Shown: piece after piece, positions 59,229 to 64,000 of the stretch
Numbering within the stretch: the first letter of the stretch is position 1
Layout of the letters: every line of letters begins with the position of its first letter
Source: Pelagomonas calceolata
Lineage: Eukaryota
Length of the DNA stretch: 64,000 nucleotides
Reading direction: 5' to 3'
Assembly: GCA_918797485.1 (NCBI GenBank)
Contig: CAKKNE010000005.1
Coordinates: 744,001-808,000 of the forward strand
The notes under the pieces: model-generated
The model's input: only the letters and a program-made list of their open reading frames with translations
Told to the model about the DNA's origin: nothing
The model's database searches: none
Position numbers and translations under genes: made by a program

Positions 59229-62200
59229 ATGGCGCCAGCAGCCGCCGACCCCATGGCTAAGGACACCATGGACTACCTGCAGTCCGTGGCCGCGGCGCGG
59301 GCCCGCTGCGACGCGGTCTTAGCATCGAAAGCAGTCGACGAGCCACAGCCGACGAACGTAGAAAAGACGAAGAACGCGCTGAGCGAGGCGCCGTCGGCCG
59401 CGTCGGTACGCGCCGTGTTTCCCCGCGCGCCGAAGGTGAAAGTGACCGGCGAGCTCCCGGACAAAGACGCGCCGCCGCCGTCGCTCGAAGAGTGCCAAGA
59501 CCTGCTGGGAGACGGCAAAGTGGAAGTTGTCGTAGAGGATTTATCAGGAAGACGCTTCGACGAGGTGCCCGTGCTCGCGTTGCCGAACATGTTCGTGGAA
59601 GCAGGCACGGTAGTGGACGAGGACCCGGCGGCGCGCGGGGCCGTCGGCGGCGTGGCGGGCGCGTGTGCCGCCGCCATCAGAATTGCTGATAGATCATTGC
59701 CGGAGCCGTACGTCGTTTCCCTGGCAAGGGCGTGTACGCAAGTTGCCGTCTTCGGCGCGCAACATTTGAGGCATCCTGAGACACAAGCACCTTTGCCGAG
59801 GTGTCGCAAAGAAGCGTGGACCTTCTCCAAAAAACGGCGGCGGGATAGCTGTGTGTGTCGCATCGGCGTGCATTCTTGGTCATCAACATATAGGGGTCTA
59901 GGTGTAGAAATAGCGACAGCATCGCAAGTCGCTGTCGCTGGTACTGGAGAGGCCGGCGACCAGGCGACGTTGAACTGCGTCGGGCGGCTGTGGTGCCCGC
60001 TCCGACCGGACGTGCTGGGAGACGAACTCGATGAACTCGACGCCATCCAATTCACAAAGTGCTGGTACGAGTTCTGGACCGATTCCGTGGATGAGATAGA
60101 GGACACTTCGACCATAGCACCGCCAAAACGGCTGAAACGATCGACAGCGATAGGCGCCCAAACGGTGGGCTGGGGCGAGTCGCCCATGCGATGCTTGGGG
60201 CGTGATTTAGGAGCAGTAGCTTCCCGACCACAACCACTATTCATCCGAGACCTGGAGGCGCTGGAGCGCATCAAAACCGTCGCGTGCTCCGCGCGGCATA
60301 CGGTAGTCCTGACGTGGCGGGGCCGCGTGTTTTGTTGCGGGGACAACGAAGACGGCGCGTGTGGTGTTGGAGGGACACAAAAAGTATCAAGGTTGGCAGC
60401 AGTCTCGTGGCCCGACGACGCGCCTATACAATGTACGAAAATAGCCGCTGGTGCGGACGTCTTTGGGGCTTCTTCTTGCGCCGTATCAAGTGAAGGGACT
60501 TTATATTGCTGGGGTTCTGGGGTCGCCTGTGCTTGTAGGACGACCGCACCTAGGTTGACCCCTACTGCTGTTTCTTTTTCAGATGAGGACGTTAGGGTTG
60601 TCTCGATCTCGGCGGGCGGGTCGTTCTGTATAGCACTCGACGAAAACAAACGCTTGTGGAGCTGGGGCATGTACGCGTCCGGAAGATTGGGTCTCGGGCA
60701 GCCTCCCAAGATCCGGGATCCTCGCATCCGGGAAGGCGACGTCGAGCGGCCTGGGAGAAGTGCCCGCTTACAATTAGCGCCGAAGCTCATCGAACGAGTA
60801 TCACTCCAAAGAAGCGACAAGATCACGTACTACGAAGCCGACGAATCGCAGACCGTAGCTTCACCAATGTGGGCCTCCGTAGTATGTGGAGAGGCCCACG
60901 CCCTGGCCATCGACGAACATGGTCGGTTGTACGCCTTCGGCTCGAACGCCCACGGCCAGCTAGGCCTGGGCGTGGCGAAGAATGGCGGCACGCAGGACGC
61001 GTTTCTCCCGACACCCGTCAATCCCTTCTTTACGCAGCAAAGAGTCGTCCACGCCTCCGCGGGGCCGACTCACTCCGCTATTATTGACGAGAAGGGCCGG
61101 GCCTGGACCTGGGGCGGCGGCGGCCACGGCTTGGCTTTATTAGGTCATGGCGCGCGGAAAGCCGACGCGCCTCCCCTCATGTCCACGACGGACTGGATGG
61201 CTCGACGAGTTACAGAGAGAAGGAGACCGACGTCCCAAAAGAGTGTGCGAGGGGCGTTTCGAGCAACTAGAACGTTGGTCGAGCTGCGCTTCGCCTGGCC
61301 GCGACGGGTCCACGGGTTGGATGGATTGGCTATTGCCCAAATCGCGTGCGGCGAGCGGCACACCGCGTTCTTGACCCAAGAGGGGTCCTTGTATACTTGT
61401 GGCGACGGTCTAGCTTTATTAGGTGCCGACGAGACGACGGAACGAGCTCGTAGAGTAGGCGAAGTCGTCCGGGACGAGGAGGCGCTGCTGCAAGCTGCGG
61501 TAGAAGCATCAGTAGTGGACGTGCCGCGCCAGCCGAACGCCGCCTGGCTGCCCGCGCTCGACGGGAAGCGCGTCGAGCGTGTTTCCTGTGGCGGCCAGCA
61601 TACCGTTGCATTGGTGAGTGGTTCGCAAGCCGCGCATTTGTTAGGTGCTAAATTATGGAAAGCCGCGAGGAAAGCGACGCAAGAGTTGAATGGCGAACCC
61701 ACGTCTGATGGGGAAGAAGACGCTCTTGTCGATTGCTTATTAGTCCCTGGAGGCGGCGACCCGATCTATGCTCATCTCGCAGTACTAGCTGCTCGGTCGC
61801 CCATGCTTGAAGAGCTCATAATGCTCGAGAAGAGAGAAGACGGCGACGACGACGGTTATTTGCAGATATTAGTGCCTGATCTCAGTCCAAGAGTCTGTGA
61901 ACTCTTCTTAGAATACTGCTATAGAGATGATATTTTCGAGCCTCGAGACGCACCTCTACCACTCCCACTCATAGCGGAACTCAAGAAGGGCGCCGAATTA
62001 TATAAAACACCTAGACTCGCTTCATTATGCAGTCAAGCGCTAGGTAACGTGCAAATCGACGAGTCGTACGACGACGTCTTACCATCTTCATTGGCGGAGG
62101 ATTTCGAAACGCTAGTGAACAAGGGGGACTTCACGGACGTGACCGTGAAGGCGTCGAAGGGTCAAGTCCGGGCGCACCGGCCCGTGCTTGCAGCTAGGTC

Positions 62201-62891
62201 TGACTACTTCCGGGCGATGTTCCGGAGTGGCATGCGGGAATCTATAGATGACGGCTTCCAAGCGAAGCAGCGTTGTAGAGTGGAGGTCTGCGTGCCGGAT
62301 GATGATGATGACGTTTCTAGGTTGTTTCGAGCCGTGTATTCCTCGAAACTACCTTTAGGAGATGGTGATCGATTCTTGCGAGACGTCGTGGCCGCGGATA
62401 GATACGGCTTGGAGGATGTGCGAAGGCTCGGCGAGGCGGGCTGCGCCACGTCTGATTCTGCGGATCGGTCGGTCGTATTACAGACGGCTTCTCGCATTGG
62501 CGCGGCGAACTTGTATTCGGATCAATTAGGTAAAGCTTGTACGGACATCGCGGATTTAAACATCAAGGAGTTGGGCACGGATGTCCTGGAGGATCTGATG
62601 ACGACGATAGCGTCCCAACGACCGCATCTGTTGAGGCCGGCGGCGCCGCCGGAACCACCATATGATCCAGATAAAGTGATATCGACACCAATAGCGGCCG
62701 GCAATTTATCGTGGAAGCATTCGGTCGCCATGACCCTCGCGGCCATGGTGACGTTCATCGCCCAGTCGGCTTATAGATTCCGGCAGACGGCGTCGATGGT
62801 CATCAACGGGATCTTCCTGGTTTTTGTCTTGTGGCTGTACCGGGACTCGGCGCGGCGCGAGGCTGCCAAAGCGCGTAAGAAGAAGGTGTAG
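59229..62891 (+). CDS. RCC1-repeat + two BTB domains + C-terminal TMs (RCBTB/IBTK-like)
   Basis: RCC1 repeats (CGEAHALA..LYAFGSNAHGQLGLG); BTB segments AHLAVLAARSP and AHRPVLAARSDYFRAMFRSGMRES. Confidence 0.88.
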   Translation: MAPAAADPMAKDTMDYLQSVAAARARCDAVLASKAVDEPQPTNVEKTKNALSEAPSAASVRAVFPRAPKVKVTGELPDKDAPPPSLEECQDLLGDGKVEVVVEDLSGRRFDEVPVLALPNMFVEAGTVVDEDPAARGAVGGVAGACAAAIRIADRSLPEPYVVSLARACTQVAVFGAQHLRHPETQAPLPRCRKEAWTFSKKRRRDSCVCRIGVHSWSSTYRGLGVEIATASQVAVAGTGEAGDQATLNCVGRLWCPLRPDVLGDELDELDAIQFTKCWYEFWTDSVDEIEDTSTIAPPKRLKRSTAIGAQTVGWGESPMRCLGRDLGAVASRPQPLFIRDLEALERIKTVACSARHTVVLTWRGRVFCCGDNEDGACGVGGTQKVSRLAAVSWPDDAPIQCTKIAAGADVFGASSCAVSSEGTLYCWGSGVACACRTTAPRLTPTAVSFSDEDVRVVSISAGGSFCIALDENKRLWSWGMYASGRLGLGQPPKIRDPRIREGDVERPGRSARLQLAPKLIERVSLQRSDKITYYEADESQTVASPMWASVVCGEAHALAIDEHGRLYAFGSNAHGQLGLGVAKNGGTQDAFLPTPVNPFFTQQRVVHASAGPTHSAIIDEKGRAWTWGGGGHGLALLGHGARKADAPPLMSTTDWMARRVTERRRPTSQKSVRGAFRATRTLVELRFAWPRRVHGLDGLAIAQIACGERHTAFLTQEGSLYTCGDGLALLGADETTERARRVGEVVRDEEALLQAAVEASVVDVPRQPNAAWLPALDGKRVERVSCGGQHTVALVSGSQAAHLLGAKLWKAARKATQELNGEPTSDGEEDALVDCLLVPGGGDPIYAHLAVLAARSPMLEELIMLEKREDGDDDGYLQILVPDLSPRVCELFLEYCYRDDIFEPRDAPLPLPLIAELKKGAELYKTPRLASLCSQALGNVQIDESYDDVLPSSLAEDFETLVNKGDFTDVTVKASKGQVRAHRPVLAARSDYFRAMFRSGMRESIDDGFQAKQRCRVEVCVPDDDDDVSRLFRAVYSSKLPLGDGDRFLRDVVAADRYGLEDVRRLGEAGCATSDSADRSVVLQTASRIGAANLYSDQLGKACTDIADLNIKELGTDVLEDLMTTIASQRPHLLRPAAPPEPPYDPDKVISTPIAAGNLSWKHSVAMTLAAMVTFIAQSAYRFRQTASMVINGIFLVFVLWLYRDSARREAAKARKKKV

Positions 62892-62977
62892 TTGCAATTC
62901 GATGTGGTGGGGATTGCCGACGCGGGTAATCGACGGGATATGTTACGGGAGGCCGCGGCGCACGAGGATTGCGCGGC

Positions 62978-63041
62978 GAGAGAGAGAGAGAGAGAGTCGC
63001 TTATTGAACCCGCCCCCAGGTAGTACGGACCCCGGAACGCT
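62978..63041. repeat. Dispersed intergenic repeat C, copy 2
   Basis: (GA)n-GTCGCTTATTGAACCCGCCCCCAGGTAGTACGGACCCCGGAACGCT. Confidence 0.85.
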
Positions 63042-63049
63042 GGCGAAGG

Positions 63050-63071
63050 CTAGCGGCGTGTAAGATACTAG
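63050..63071 (-). promoter_or_regulatory. CTAG-box copy
   Basis: + strand CTAGCGGCGTGTAAGATACTAG, about 130 nt before the F-box ATG. Confidence 0.65.
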
Positions 63072-63201
63072 GAAGCCACACAAGCCGGGCCGCGGCCGAT
63101 AATCCGTGCTACCGGTGCTCACGAATCTCGCGCGGTATTGATTCGAGGAGTTCTGGGCCTGGTCGAGGCCCACGTGCTGCGAATTGCATTCGTTCGGGGC
63201 A

Positions 63202-64000
63202 ATGACGACACATACACCTACTACTCCAGCCTCGCCTCTGCTGGCACTACCAGACGACGTCCTGCAGCGCGTGCTGGTCGGCGTGCCCCTCGATGATCAC
63301 TACACGACCGCCTTGGTCTGTCGAACCTTCCGCGCCGTCGTAACGAGCCCGCAGTTTCATGCCGTCCGCCGACGGTCCGGCTTCGCGGAGCGCGGCATCG
63401 TCAGCGTCGGATCCGCAGATACCCTCGGTGGGAGCAGGATTCGCATCGTAAATAAAAGCGGGGTGGTGGCGAGGATCGCGGGACCTCTCCACGTCGATAG
63501 ATTTGCCTCGACGACCGACGGTGCCCGGCTGTTTTTTACCACCCTTTGCTATGGGAAAGGTTGTGATGTAGTTTTGGCGGTGGATGCCTCTTCACGCCGA
63601 TGGCGCCAGTTCACAACCTTGCCGCATACTGATACCGAGCATACTGATACCGAGCAACGCTATCATTGCATCGAGTGGCACAATGGTTGCTTGTACGTCG
63701 CTGGCGGCTGGCGTGGCGCGTCGTTCCCCGGTGGTAATGTCGATTCTCTTGACGTGTTCACCGAAGCAACTGGGTCGTGGGCGAATTTGCCTCCTATGCC
63801 GCATGCCGCTGCGATGGCGGCCTCGGGTATCATTGGCAACCAGCTTTTTGTCGCCGGTGGCTACCAGTTACGGACGTTGCAGGTTTATGACATTGCCACC
63901 AGGACGTGGACTTTGCGCGCTCAGCTTCCCGAGGCGCGAGCATACGGCACACATGGTGTTGTCTTGGACGGGAAACTATTTCTGATACACCAGCATTCCC
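63202..64000 (+). CDS. F-box/Kelch-repeat protein, 3' truncated by the window edge (absent from the ORF track)
   Basis: Manual translation gives LLALPDDVLQRVL...ALVCRTFR (F-box), then LYVAGG...W..LPPMP and LFVAGG (Kelch). Confidence 0.85.
   Translation, partial: MTTHTPTTPASPLLALPDDVLQRVLVGVPLDDHYTTALVCRTFRAVVTSPQFHAVRRRSGFAERGIVSVGSADTLGGSRIRIVNKSGVVARIAGPLHVDRFASTTDGARLFFTTLCYGKGCDVVLAVDASSRRWRQFTTLPHTDTEHTDTEQRYHCIEWHNGCLYVAGGWRGASFPGGNVDSLDVFTEATGSWANLPPMPHAAAMAASGIIGNQLFVAGGYQLRTLQVYDIATRTWTLRAQLPEARAYGTHGVVLDGKLFLIHQHS

Noticed and set aside
1..64000. Autonomous transposase, rRNA or tRNA genes, or prokaryotic defence systems
   Set aside because: None recognisable; any enzyme mobilising the introner elements must be encoded elsewhere.

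Overview
This is a gene-dense, GC-rich eukaryotic window with spliceosomal introns and no operons, rRNA, tRNA or CRISPR. Bipartite plastid presequences, a mastigoneme-type EGF protein, a MYND-RING family gene and transposon-like introns suggest a stramenopile alga, most likely a pelagophyte (Pelagomonas/Aureococcus-like; this is inference). About 45 protein-coding genes are supported, including AlaRS, GPI, a MAPK15-like kinase, a Gpc1-like acyltransferase, CHMP1, an ABCG transporter and a GAF-PDE. Main observations: (1) A family of introner-type mini-transposons with ~15-bp TIRs (CTGTGYGGAAATCAA) forms spliceable introns. One copy has a perfect 8-bp TSD, and another has an INVERTED 8-bp flank that creates its GT donor. 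(2) Most other introns carry the same internal motif (CCACGCCATCGACGCGACG) and look like decayed copies. (3) A ~22-bp CTAG-bounded box (CTAGTGTCTTACAGGCCGCTAG) recurs about 19 times, in spacers that contain a gene 5' end. (4) A glutamate dehydrogenase homolog lacks its catalytic residues. (5) Unusual fusions occur: H15-FKBP, RRM-DUF952 and CSD-RanBP2-SAM-RING. (6) Five unrelated proteins end in CaaX boxes. All calls were made by eye, without database searches.
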